Shown here: piece by piece, positions 32,072 through 45,800 of the stretch
Position numbering within the stretch: the stretch's first letter is position 1
Layout: each line of letters begins with the position of its first letter
From: Azolla caroliniana
Taxonomy: Eukaryota > Plantae > Polypodiophyta
Direction of reading: 5' to 3'
Length of the DNA stretch: 64,000 nt
Assembly: GCA_043228905.1 (NCBI GenBank)
Contig: JBHGNT010000013.1
Coordinates: 124,001-188,000 of the forward strand
Made by a program: the position numbers and the translations under genes
Notes under the pieces: generated by a model
What the model was told of the DNA's origin: nothing
Databases searched by the model: none
The model's input: only the letters and a program-made list of their open reading frames with translations

Positions 32072-34998
32072 TTCTCTCTCTTAGAGGATATCTCTGTCCT
32101 TGGTTCTCGATCACCGGTTCCTCCGCTTGCTCTTCATCCAAATTTGATTCGAGGTCTTGTTCAGTTCCGGTGTCCAATTCTACTTTGGTCAGTTTGGGTC
32201 TTTGTTCGAATCCGACCGGTTCATCATGGTCCTCGTCTGACATCCGGCTTTCGACCGGATGTGTCCTAGCATCTTCCAACCGATCTTTGTCGGTCGACCT
32301 GGAGTCTATTATCTTCTTCCCCGACTCCCAGTCGGCAATGTTCTTGTCTTCCATTGTCTCAATTCCGAAATACTTTCTCGTCGACCAAGTCCCATACCCG
32401 GTAGCCGAACTCATCATTGTCGTATCCAAGGAATATGCATGACTGGGACTTCGGATCCAACTTTGCTATCTTGTCCTTTGCAACATGCACATAAGAGAGA
32501 TAGTTGAACACCTTCAGATGCCCGTAAGACACATATTTACTGGTCCATACTCTCTATGGTGTGTCTCCATTGAAGGGCGCTGAGGGTGATCTGTTTATCA
32601 CATAGGTCGTTGTCATCAGCAACTCAGCCCAAAACGTCTTTGATAACTTTGCATGTGCTAGCATGCTCTAGACTAGCTCCATCATAGTCTGGTTCATCCT
32701 TTCGGCCAGTCTGTTCAGCTCTGGTGTCTTTGGCATGGTGAATTCAAGCCGGATCCCCTTCAACCGGTAGTACTCCTCGAATTTCCCCCTGTATTCTCCT
32801 TCCTTGTCCGCTCGAACCGCCTTCAGCTTCCAGCCAGTTTCTCTTTCCACTCTCGGGTGGAAATCCTTGAAGACGGATAATACTTGGTCCTTCATCTTCA
32901 GCGGTGAGACCCACAACTTCTAGATGTGGTCGTCTACGAACGTCACGAAGTACTACAATCCGGCATGTGACTTCATGTCCACTTGACATACATTGGTAGG
33001 CACAAGCTCCAGCGGTGCATTCAATCTCATCAGTGGTCTTGTTCGAAAGGAGGTTCGGTTTTGCTTGCCGGCCAAACAATCGGTGCACTTCTCAAGCTAC
33101 ACGTCTTTCACCTCCGAAATGAGGTTGTCTTCGGCAAGTCTTCGCATCCCCTTCTGGCTCATGTGGCACAACCTTTTGTGCTATAGCTCACTGGCATTTT
33201 CGGATGCTACGTTCACTTCCTGCCGGAAAATCCAGGAATGCATCAAGTACAATGAGTTGATCTTCCGGGCTCGAGCAACGATCAGGCTCCCTTTGCAAAA
33301 CTTCATGGCTCCATTCCGGATGCTACCCGTGTAGCCTTCATCATCTAGCCAACAAGCTGATATTAGGTTCAACCGAACCTTCGGAACTTGTCATGCGTCC
33401 TTCAATAGCAACTTGCACCCAGTTGACGTTGTCAACCACACATCTCCTATGTCGACAATTTAGCATGCACCTTCATTTCCCATCCGGACAAAATCGTGAT
33501 CTCCTGCTTTATACGATGAGAAGCACTTCTGGTTGGGGGTCAGATGGAATGACACGCCGGAGTCGACCACCCATGTTGTTTCGTCGCTGACAAGATGCAG
33601 TTCACTCTCCTCGGTGATTAGTGGCAATTCTTCTTCACTTGTCACGATCGCCGACATTCATTTCCAATCCGAACTTCTCCGGTTTGAACCCTTCTTCGAG
33701 TCAACATTGTCGGTTCCTTTCTCCTTCCAGAAGTGCCGACAATTCTTCTAGAAGTGCCCCGGTTTTCCGCAATAAAAGCAAGTGGGCCTCCCCCTTGACT
33801 TCGACCTCATCCCCAATTTGTTCCGGTTCTGGGGATTCCGATTCCAGCCTCTTCCCCGGTTATGGTCGTCTTCCGTAACCAAGGCCTTCGGATCGGTTCC
33901 GGACTCCCGGCCCTTTCGACGAGCTTCTTCATCCAGCAAGCTTGATTTTACCCTTGCTAGGGACAACAGTTTTCCTTCCGACCTGGTGTTGCCCAAAGTG
34001 ACAACTAGTGTCTCCCAACTATTAGGGAGAGAACCGAGCAACAACAATGCAAGTACTTCGTCGGCTAAAGGTACTTCCAACGAGGTTGTTTGACTTCTGA
34101 GCCCCTGGAATGCATTCATGTGCTCCGCCATGTTGGATCCGTCTTGGTACCGGAGTCTCACTAACTTCCGGAATACCGAAACCCGATTTACGACATTTTT
34201 ACTCTCTAGCATGGTACCGATTTTCTCCTAGAGCACATGAGCCTTACTTTCTTCATTAAAGTTATTGTACAGGCTCATGTCGATGAAGCATCTAATGTAT
34301 GTCATCGTCTTCATATGTATCACCTCCCACGTCGTGGCATTGATCTTGTCCGGTTTCTTGTCCCCGAACTGTATCGGCAGCCAGAGGTCTTTGACCACAA
34401 GCATGTCCCTCATCTTCAACTTCCATACTGGATAGTTGGAGCCGGTGAGCTTGAACATGATTCCGAATGACTCTTCCATTTTTTTCAAGGTTTAGAACTT
34501 TTGCTTTGATACCAAATTGTGCGGAATAGAGCTCGTCCACAACCGAGTCTTAATCACTCAATGGAAGAATATAGGAAATACAAATAAGCCAGACACAGGA
34601 TGTTAACGTGGAAAACCCTAATAGGAGAAAAAACCACGGGAGTCCATAGACTCCAACTATCACTATAAGAAGAGGATACAATGCAAGACTCAGAAGCAAC
34701 GACCTCGAGATCTGGCTTCGCCAACCGACGGTTACAACAGAAAACCTTTCTGTATCTCACACACACACTCTCTCTCTCAAGTTCTCTCTATGTCTATAGT
34801 ACAATAATGACAAAAACCCACACTATGAAGTGATTGACCTAACTCGTATTCATACTTATACGACTTTAGGACTATTTACAAATATGCTATGACAGGCACA
34901 CTAGAAACATATTTACAGATATGTCCCTGGATCCGGTTCACACCGGATCTATCCGATCCGGTTTCCGGTTCTCATCCAGAGGGACCGAATTCCCAACA

Positions 34999-36216
34999 CT
35001 ATTGTGACAACCTCGCAACATCCAGCTAGCTAAGAACCCTGTCTTCCACGCCTAGAGAAAGCACATCGAGGTGCACTATCATTTTGTCCGAGAGCGAGTC
35101 CTCTCCGGTGAAGTGGAACTTGTATATGTTTCGACGAATCACCAGGTCGCCGATATCTTCACCAAACCTCTCGGCCTAGAAAAGTTGTGGCATTTTTCGA
35201 GCCAGTTTAGCATATAGCACCTCGACATGCTGAACTTGAGGGGGAGGCACGAGAAAGAGAACGAGAGGGAGGAAGGAGGAAAGATGAAGTAAAAAAACCG
35301 AATCAGATGAATAATTTGATTTCAGAATGACTTAAGAAGTCGGAACGTTCGGATCGGCTAAAGAAGTCGACGACTTGTGGACAGATGGAAGAATATCGAC
35401 TAAGTGGAGACTATCTGGATGTAGGGGGAGCGGTCGAAAGAATGAGTCAAAGCCAAATCCATCCAAACAAGGGGGAGATTGAGCCGAGAAAGGCAAGGCA
35501 AGTGGCTGAGCCAGGAAGGGCAGAGCCAACCTAGAGATAAAGGCTAGGACCAGGACATGGTCAGATGTGGTGAAGGGCCTAAAGGAGGAGGAATTGGAGA
35601 CAACCAATTTGAACAAGAGTGGGAACGAATCGGAGATAGCCGATTCAAAAGAACCGAATCACATTAAGGCCAAGCAGACAAGGAGGTAGCCAAAGCTGAC
35701 GCCGATACGGAGGAGTTGACGGGTTGAGGGGAACCAATGTCGTGATAGTGAGGGGTAGTGTTGAGAGACAAGCTCAACATGGGCCGAATTGGCTGAAGAG
35801 GCCGAGAGTCAAATCGGTTGGAGACCGATCAGTTAGGCCCGAACCGGCAGAATAAGCCGAAAGCCGAATTGGTTGGTAAACCGAATCGACTAGCCGTTAT
35901 GGGTCTATATTCCTATTTTAGTAATAGGAATATTATAGGTTGTTAGTGTCAGGATCATTCATGAGCATTAAATTACTGGTAGTACTTGTGTCCGTCCACT
36001 TGTCAGGGATAATATAAAAAGTGCTCATTGAGCACACTATATGTATATACAAAGAACATTTTGTAATAGAAGGTGGTTGTTGTTTGGTCTCTTTGTCTCT
36101 CCTCTCTTCCTCACTATCTATCCATTCTTTGTGTTTACCTAACTCTCAAGTTTCCGAATAACCAACAGTGTACTCTGTGTCTACCGCTTACGTTTCCGCA
36201 CACGTATTCTTTTACA
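34999..36216 (+). mobile_element. 3' end of a plus-strand copia element 'Z' (RNase H, 3' extension, LTR 35759-36216)
   Basis: YCDN...QLAKNPVFHA.RKHIEVHYHFVRERV...QVADIFTKPL, PPT-like TGAGGGGTAG, then LTR TGTTGAG...TTTACA similar to solo LTR 57396-57793. Confidence 0.85.
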
Positions 36217-38550
36217 CCTAGTACACTGGGCCTCCCTTCGTCGAACTTTGGAAGCTTGACAGTTGTTGCTCCTCCCGCACAACACCAACACTAATCGAAA
36301 AGAGACAATGTGAAAACAAGAACACATCCATGTTCACAAGTGGAAGGATCACACACAAATGGAAGGATAAGGAATATTTTGTCTGATTTTGGGGTTTAAT
36401 GAGCCATTTCACAAAACACAATGATACCAGTATCACAACTTCTCAAAATTGTGATGGAAATGCTTAAAAATCCAACATTTTATAAAGTTTAAAATTCACA
36501 AAATTTGGGGCTTAATCCAAAAGTTACATCGTGTATTTTTTTGGACAAATAACAATTAATGTTTTTTGTAACAAACGATCTAGTTAAGGAGCAACTGGTT
36601 TCAGAAAACCATTATTATATCAATCGATTTATTACAAACATAAATTTGTTACAATTTGATTCCAAAATTACATCTAGGAACATTTCCTTGTATTGTTGTC
36701 TATTTTTGGTCTTGAAGAATAAAATAGACAACAATACAAGGAAATGTTCCTTTAATCACGGTTCATAGATCAAGTTACAACAATGGCACTTGGCCGGACT
36801 TGACACGACAACAAGTACGAATATGTGAGGAAAATGAAACGTGGTGATGGAAGGGTTCGATGAAGAGCACGACTCTCACACGCCTGCACTCGAGACGCTC
36901 TCCTTATGACAACCTGAGCATTTCGGCACACGAATGGTGAGCTCTCAGATTCACAATGGCGAACATGGGCGAACGTTAACAATAAACATAACCATTTTGC
37001 CCCTTTTTCCTCGGTTTTCTCATCATTGTTGCACATCTTCACGACAATGTAGACCACTTGGCTTTGCTTTACGTGGTCACGAAGGTTATGCTCAAGTGAA
37101 AGTTTTCTTGTTAAACGATACTACTCTAGAGATTCAGATTTAGTTTCCATCGAGTAGAGACACAAACACACGATCGTCAACTAACTAGCCTCATGACCTC
37201 TAGATGAGTGTTGATGATGGTCTATGGTACCCCAAGGGCGATCCCTGTGAATGGTTCCTAAAGATATAGTTCTTCTTGATTGTGGTCTTCCTACAAATAG
37301 GAGTCAATGTCGTAAGCAAATCTCTAGTGATCGACAATTTAGAGGGACTTTTTTACTTGTCCAATAGAGGGACGTGTAATTTCAAATAAGTAGGACTTCT
37401 ACGTTCAATAATGTAAATCCGCAAAAGTATAGGATAGATAAGTATGAATATAGGACAAAAGTAACATGGGTACATATTTTGAGAGTATAAGATTTAGTTT
37501 TTGACTCTTGACATATATGTCAATCACTTGAAGTGAGATATGATTTGGTGGGTACAATCATGGGTCAAATTGTAAGAGTGTAATATCGTCCCCTTCTTTC
37601 TATATAAACCTTATATTTAGGGTTTTTTTGTTTATCTTTCTAGTTGTTACAAACTTTTAAGATAAAGCATTCATGAGCCCTTGGTCCTTGAGGACGAAGA
37701 GCCATTTTTTCCCTCTTCTTTATATCCCTCCATTTCAAGAACTAAAGCCTAAGCTATATGTTGTTTTCTTTTTCGATTTCTTGATATCAACTACATGACG
37801 TGAGTGTTTATGATGTTGCAAATGTGTGAGTGTGTGAGATTTTAATTGTTTCCCATTGCTCATCAACCAAAATGGAGCCACGATCTCGAAGGCATGTTGA
37901 AGCAATTTGAAATTCTTCCTTGATGGAGTGTTCCTCTTCCTTATTGAATGTGATTTAGCATGTCTCAAACCTAAAACCATGTAACAATGACACCAATAAG
38001 CTTTTTTGTCATTCTAGTGTTTTTCAAACAAATTTATTAATATAATTGTGTGTTTCCAAAGAGAGAGAGAGAGAGAGAGAGAGTGCGTGTGTGTGCATAA
38101 GGTTGACGGGGGATAATTATACATTGATAAAGCACCCCAAAATACATGGAGTGTTAGTTTCTATTCTACATTTTATGTGTTCTTAGATAGAATCGTTGAA
38201 TCAATCAATCATAATGGAAAAGTTAGTGAAATTTCGTATAGTATCCACTCATTCAAAACTATGAATAATAACCTTACAGGTCTAGTAAAGCTAGACTTTA
38301 TAACACATGCTTTGCAACGAGTGAGTGTTCACACGTAAGATGTGTGGCTAAGCACAATATCTTGATGACAAATGTGGCGAGTATCACCACATGGATGCTA
38401 TAAGAGATCTTGATGGAGGGAGTGAGGACCCTCATCATCCCATCATTGTATCCTTTCTTATGGATGGATGTAGGTGTACATAATGTGTTCATGATCACAT
38501 GATATGACTCATGATCCTAGAATGGATAATATTATAGGAAGCTTATCATG

Positions 38551-38766
38551 TGAGAGCATCCATCCTACAATTATCGAGGAGATAAGAGGCCCATGAATGC
38601 CAAGCTTGCTATTACCAATAATTCTCTCTTCTCAGTTTTTATTATTGTAATTAGCTACATGAGAGCATCCATCCTACAATTATCGAGGACATAAGAGGCC
38701 CATGAATGCCAAGCTTGCTATTTACAATAATTCTCTCTTCTCTATTATTATTATTGTAATTAGCTT
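38551..38766. repeat. ~109-bp tandem duplication
   Basis: TGAGAGCATCCATCCTACAATTATCGAGGA...ATTGTAATTAGCT occurs twice. Confidence 0.9.
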
Positions 38767-39896
38767 ACCTTAGTGGTAAGTTGTTAACACTACTAGCATA
38801 GACTATGTCTAGGGATTGAGACCCAATTTTCTCACCTCTCTATTACTCCATAAATATCCCTTAATTTACTAGACACCATTGTGGAATGTAGGGGTTGAAC
38901 CCATGACCTCTTGGTCTTCATTGGGCAAACATCTCTCTCTCTCTCTCTTTGCTTTCTATAAATAATGTATTTCATTATGAAGAAAAAACACCACTGTGAC
39001 AAACTTACAACATAGTATGGAACTCTAGGGATGTAAATGCTACTATGAACTTCAGAATATGATGAGATGTCACCTGGCATCATGGTTGAGATTTCGTGAT
39101 TCCTTGAACACTGTCAATCGCCACCAAAAGAAGTTCTATTAACTTTCACGTCCCAACTCACGAATCAAAAGTGAAGGGCATGAATGCGCACATATTGTAA
39201 TCGAACCATAGGCCCCCTCCTCCCCACCCAAATGCCTCAAGAACTCAAGAACAAAGTTAGAAATGAGGCATGACTCAACTAGTTGTTCACCGGGAGAAGT
39301 TCATATGTAGAAATTAGAATGAATGAATTTTTGTGTTTTTATTTTATTTCAAATGTTATGTAATTTTTATGTTTTGGACAATTGAATGAATGGAATGAAT
39401 GAATGGATTGTCACGGGAACCGGAAAAAACTGCAAAAAATCTTCTCAACTTCTCTGTCTGTCTGTCTGTCTGTGTCTCCCCTGTTCCTCTGCCTCTGCCT
39501 CTGCCTCTGTTCTGAGTTTCTCTGATCGATCGATCGAGGAAAGCCTAAGTAGGTCCCCTCCAAGGCAACACAAATTTGAGCCTCTTCCTCCTGCTCTCTT
39601 TCGGCACATGATCCCTTTCTTCCTCCCCTGCGCCGCTTTGCTACGGTTCGATCATCACCATGAAGAAGAAAAAGAAAGAGGAAGTGACAGAACTCAGATC
39701 AGGGAATGGATTAATGGCGTTTCGCTTGGGACTTGGGAGGGTGTCGACAGGCCGCTGCTGCAAGATCATACGCTGCACACTCTTTCAATAGGATCTTAAT
39801 TGAATGATCCTTACCTAATATCCAAGGTTTTACTTTACTGTCCAACCATCATAATCATCATCAACAATAGCGATAAGATTGATAGAGAGGAGCAGT

Positions 39897-42800
39897 ATGA
39901 ATAACACTAGGCAAGGGAGCAGAAAGCCTCCCCTGCCCAGCAGAGTTATTTCATCATCATCATCATCATCGTTGGCAGCACCTTCTTCCAAGCCTTCAAG
40001 CCTCATTAACAAGACTACTCCAACCCCTGTCAAAAAAGCTGCCATTAGCTGTGGACAACCACCCCCTAGCCAGAGATGTCCACCCAAATCTATGAATTTG
40101 CCCATCCTAAACCTTGAAAAGGTGAGGATGAGCATTGCTGACCAAGCAGAGCTTCTCAGCCTTGCATCCAGCGACACTTCGAGAGTTCTCTCCGCGAGGT
40201 ATGCAACCGAAAAGCATAGAAATGAGCGAAGAAGCTTGCTTTCTGGTTCCCTCATAGAAAGGCACCAGTATGGTACACACTCGGATAGGCGGGTCTCTAC
40301 TTCTGGTCTCTATAGTGACCGAAGCTGCAGAGGAGGGAGAGTCGAGAAGATGAGTACGTTCTCGGGCTTGTTTACTGACCGAAACTCCAAAGAAAGCTTC
40401 GGGAGCTTGTATGCGCTATCGTTGAATAAATACCTTAGAAGTAACCGAAGAGAAGGTCCTCTGAGGAACAACAAAGCTAGCTTCTTCTCCTCTTCGATTG
40501 CCACTCCCAGATCAAAGCATATCGATAGAATGCATTTGTTTCGGATCCCTCAGGAAACAAGGAAGCCCGGAGGAGAAAAGACTGTGAAATATGCCTCTTC
40601 CATATCATCTTCGACTTATTCCACTCACTCGACTGCAAGCTCCTTCAACCGGAGTTACAGAACAGACCCACTCAGTAGTGCAATGAAATACTCAAACCAT
40701 GTGGGTAGAAGCCTCCTCAGCTCCAGAGATAGTTCAGACTCAAAATTAAGGGGACGCGAAATCCGGCCTTCAAATCTTGGTCTTAAAACCTCGAGATCAG
40801 ACAGTTATAGAACAGATTTTGGGACCTGGGATTCCAAGAGGCTTCCATCTCAGTTGGTGAGCACATTAGAAGAGGCTTTGGCGGGAGTGAACCAGTCAGG
40901 ATTTTCACACTTGGAGGCAAAGAAATTCTCCCGAAACAACGCATCAACACTAGATGCAGCCTCAGAAAGAAAGCCTGGGAAGCTCTATGAAGCTAAGCCT
41001 ACCACTCAGATGGATAAAGCGAAATTACAGGATGAGAAGCTAGGTCAGGAACAAGTCCGTGCTAATGAGCTCATCACAAGCCAAAGGCAATGCCTTTTCC
41101 CTGCTTACTTTTTGCACTTGAGATATGGCTCAATGATTTCATTTTTGCACATGGGAAGAGCCAGAAAACGTGTGTAATGAACTCAGTATATATTTTGATC
41201 AACAATAGAACTGCTATTCTAGCATAATAATGTTGTCTGCCTTCCTGATATTCTTCTATTTTTCTATTCTCAGGATGCACATCTTACTTATGAGCACAAG
41301 GAAATCACCATTTGGCTGCTTAATGTTGATTGTAATTCATTCATTCATTCCTCCCTCTTTTATGCAGGGGTTGCCCAAAAGCTACAGAAATCAGCTTTGG
41401 CAAAAATGTGAGTTCCAACAAAGAGATTGTCAACAAACTACAGGCTAAGGACTTTAAAGTCAACCCGTTAAAGTTGTCTCTAGGAAGCACCCAGATTAAT
41501 GTCCCCATAGGCACGTAGCTCATTCCAGCCATAATAATGTTTTCTGAAGTGGGCATTTTGATTTTCCATGCTTTGGTCTGTGAATCAGACCTGAACTAAA
41601 ACATTTGCCAAATTACAGTAAGCATTATTTGCTTTCTTGACAAATGATCTAATTAACAGATACCACCAAACTACTTGGAATGTAATACAGGATTTGGGGG
41701 TAGTCCTGCTGAGAGTGTGCAAACTTCACGACCAACTCAGTCTGTATGTTCTCTTGAGAAATATTTACATTGGAAAAATTTGCAGAAGTGGCATTAATTA
41801 CATGGTTTTCATCTTGCAGTTTGAAGAGAAAGGGATCTCCCGACATCCTTACACTGATCGTTGGGTATATAGAAGCAGCTCATTTACAAATCCTGCTTCA
41901 AAGTGTGAGGTAAGAGACATATTTCATGCATACTGTAAGACGAGGGTGTAGTGTGAGAAATCTTGTCTTTAAGGATATTCAATATTCATCTTCATTTGGT
42001 GTTCTGTCTGCTTTGTTTTTTATATGTGGGTATCTAGTCTCAGGTCATTCATATAGAATGGGTTCAATTCCCAGCATTCTTGACTTATAGCATGGTCATT
42101 GTGCTAGAGCTATCAAAATCAACATTATAACCCTGGTAATTGCACTGATTATATTGGTCGATCTCTGTGCATGAAGGCTGATAATGTTCCTTCATTCAGG
42201 ACGCCTAAGAACTTTTTCTCTCTGCATCATTTGAAAGAATAGTGCGATCCAGGAAATTCAATCACAAAGATCTTAGCTTGCACTGATCATATTTCTGACA
42301 ATGTCTGTGCTAGTATTTCTCAAGAAACTCACTATCAAATGTGAAACACCAATATCCCCATTGCATAATTGTTGTCCTTGTTTGATTTAATTATCAATGC
42401 ATGCATCATAAGGGGCAATGCTGGTAATTATGTGGTGCTTATATCATCCACCAAGGAGAGTGTGTTCAGACTTCCCTGCAGATGGTGTATGATTTTATGG
42501 TAGGAGATGATGTAAATGCATCAGTTTTTCTTCCCTCAGAATTACTATCTTGGTATCATGGCAGAATGAAAGCAAATAGTTTTAGAGAAGGCATGTTACT
42601 TCTTTTCTTTTGCTTAGTACGATAGCTGCACACTATCTCTTCATATGATAGTATTGGTACCTGTGATGCATTGCCTTCAAATGGCAAATAATCTGTATTG
42701 TGTATTTTGCAGAACTAAAGCCCAGTTGTTTAGATATGGTTTGATCTTGTAATTGCTTTTATGCTGAGTCTGTAGCTGGGAGAATCCCCTCATCATCACA

Positions 42801-45800
42801 GCTGTATAATGCTGATATATGCTCCTGTAGTATTTATCGATTGCTAAACAAATTGCATATCCATCTTTTCATTTCTCATAGTTTAATCACATACCACATT
42901 AATGCCAGCATTCCTAGGACCATTTTTTAATGCCAGCTACAGCTCACACATCATTGGCATGTTTAAGTACATTGTTGGGGTAGGTACAACATAAAAAAAC
43001 TACTTGTACACCTGGTGTCAAACATGCTTTCTGCAAGGGTAAGGTGCATTGATGGCCTGTTAATGTCTTCCTTGTAATATCTGTGCAGAAAACTAATTTA
43101 CCCAGCCTTTCCAATGCATCAAGAGTTTTTATGAACCCAGAAGGTAAATTTTTTTACTAGCACTAAAAGACATAGCATGTACAATACTTGTTTCAAACAT
43201 TTGGGCAATATGTCACACCCTTTCTTGAAATTTGAATAGTGGCTTTAAAGGAGTATGGCAATTATCTTACTGATTATGAACGTGATGAGATCAAGGCATA
43301 CTGTGAGATCTACTTTGTGGGAGCAGATTGCCAAAAGCTTCAGCCTTCTAGTACCGCGGGTGCATATAATTATGGTTGGTAACACGACATTGTGTATTTT
43401 TATTTCTTATAAAATTATGTCCTAAGGTATTGAAACTGTTCTTCTACATGGTTTTCCTTTGGCAAGAGTCAAGTGTTTTCCTACTTGGTTTATCTTTGGG
43501 AAGAGTTATTAGTACATGCTTCTCATTTGGTCTTTAAGTTTCTTCTGCTATGAACCTGTGATATCCATGAATGAGCCTTTCCTGAATTTTTGTATCTAAT
43601 ATCAAAAATATGTGAAAGTATGCCAAAGACTTGGATATGGTTGATATTGGAATGTGTCAGTTTACTGTGCTGGTTTATGGTCACTTTGTTTACTTCGATG
43701 ATAGATAACTCACATTTTCGATTCATAACATTGTTGACAACCAAATACTCAGAATTCATGATTTGAACCAGATTTTGATGTAAGTAATTGGAGAATAAAT
43801 TGTGTTCTGTAGCTGTTCTTGATTTGGTTTACGGTAACACTATCAATGCTTTTCATTTTGGGTTTTCCAACCAGTCAATGTAATCAAGATCATTTTCAAT
43901 AGAAGTTCAAATAAAGAATACATAAAAGTGGTACTTCGGCCGTGTCTCAGTCCTAGTGTGTGGTTGATCATCTCTCGAACCAACTACTAATTGTCTTTTT
44001 AGTAAGCTGCTACCTCACCAACAAGCTAATCAGATGCAAACCCTCCTTGGGTGGATCCCTTCCCTTCGCAGCTCAACCTCATTTTCTACTATCATAGTAC
44101 CTGCCTTGGAAACAGAGTGGATGTTATCAAACCATTCGCTCATGGAATAAGGCTAGCCCTGGCATGTTTGGTTCTAGAACATTAGAAGGGAAAACAAGAA
44201 TGATATGATGCCAAAATGAAGCTCCTCAGATAAGCAATCAAATTTATACAACCCATGTTTAATGAGGACATCTGGAACTCTTTGCCACTTCATAAAAACA
44301 AACAAGGAGACACTCTGATGGCGATGTTGGTTATAGAATCTGTCCTTTTTTGCTGTATCTATTGAATCTGTCTATTAATTTTAATAGATTTGATATCCCC
44401 GTCTTGATATTGATGTATGCGAAGACTTTTGTTGTCTTCATTTCAGTTGATAGATGACTTTCACATATTTCTATGTATTCCAGTTGAATTCAAATTATTG
44501 TGAAACAAATCTTAATGTGCTTTGTCTTTATCTTAGCTTCCTCTTTAACAAAACAATTTGGCATTTTTGTTTTGTTTTTCAAATTGGAATGATTGGTAAA
44601 AATGATTAGAAGTCATTATATGGTCCAATTGGTAACAACAATTTTGTTCGTTTGTATCCAATTTGTAACAATGATTGGAAGTCTCTCTGTAGTAGTATCA
44701 TTACACATAATGAATTTCATTTCATTGCAATAGATATAGATATTGGAAGGTTCATTGGATATGTGAGGTTACTACGATATGCATCTATGCACTCTCATGA
44801 TGTATTTTATAATATGTACCATTATCATATGGTCCTTTGGTGTTTTTCGGCTGGTAAAATTTATGCTTTTCCTTTGGTCTTACAGGCCACTTCGACCTGT
44901 TAAAAGACTTTAATACATCTTTCTTTCTTTGGTTATACATCATCACGCATATTCTAGTGGAAAATGTTAATGTGATTTACCGGGCTGACATATTTTATTA
45001 ATTTCTGTAGGATTTGATGATGAACGAGGTGATTATACGATCATGCAACATGATCATATCGCTTACCGATTTGAAATTCTTGGAATATTGGGAAAGGGAA
45101 GCTTTGGGCAAGTGGTCAAATGCCAAGATCACAAGCACAAGGTTCTTAGAGCTATAAAGCTTGTTAGAAATAAGAAAAGGTTTCATCAACAAGCACTCAT
45201 CGAAGTGAGGATCTTACATCATCTAAGGGACAAGGTAAGGTTTACTTGATCACCTATTCAAAATGATGGGTTTTAGTTGTTTATGAATCATTCTTAAGAA
45301 CAAATGGATCTTGTGCTAATGTTGGTGAGTGATCTTATCTAAATTAGTTTAATCATCAGAGTTTTATAGAGCCACAGAAGTTGTTGAATGAATTTTAATA
45401 AAGTCAGTTTTCAAAACCTTGATCTCTCTATTGATATATTATAAATGAGCTATTGAATTGGTACTTCTGTTGTTGGGGCAAAACCTCACCTCCCCTTTGG
45501 TCTGAAAGATGGAAAATTTGTTCACTCATAATTATATCATTTATTCATATTAAGCTGCAAAAACTTTTGGTCTAAATGACATTTTTTTAAAGTTCTCATA
45601 AAGCACTAAACAATGATTTACTCCAATTTGACATTGGTAGTATCTCTAATTTCTAATTTCTTTTCTTGAAATGGTTTAGTATAATGCCTTTTGACATCTA
45701 GCAGTTTGTGGAAGGTTTTTGCAGGCCGAAGCAGAAGCTACTAGCTATAATGTTGTGACTATACATGAAAGCTTTTATTTCCGTGGTCATTTGTGCATTT

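Larger units (their letters stand above)
24774..34998 (-). mobile_element. Decayed Tnt1-like copia element 'X' (5' LTR 34518-34998; 3' LTR missing), interrupted by element Y
   Basis: Gag 33748-34488, PR/INT 32400-33660, RT/RH 24774-26349, all broken. PBS TGGTATCAAAGC lies next to the LTR TGTGCGG...CCCAACA. Confidence 0.88.

Noticed and set aside
36540-37600. Possible DNA-transposon or LTR remnants upstream of the DYRK gene
   Set aside because: No termini, TSD or coding motifs that I can verify by eye.
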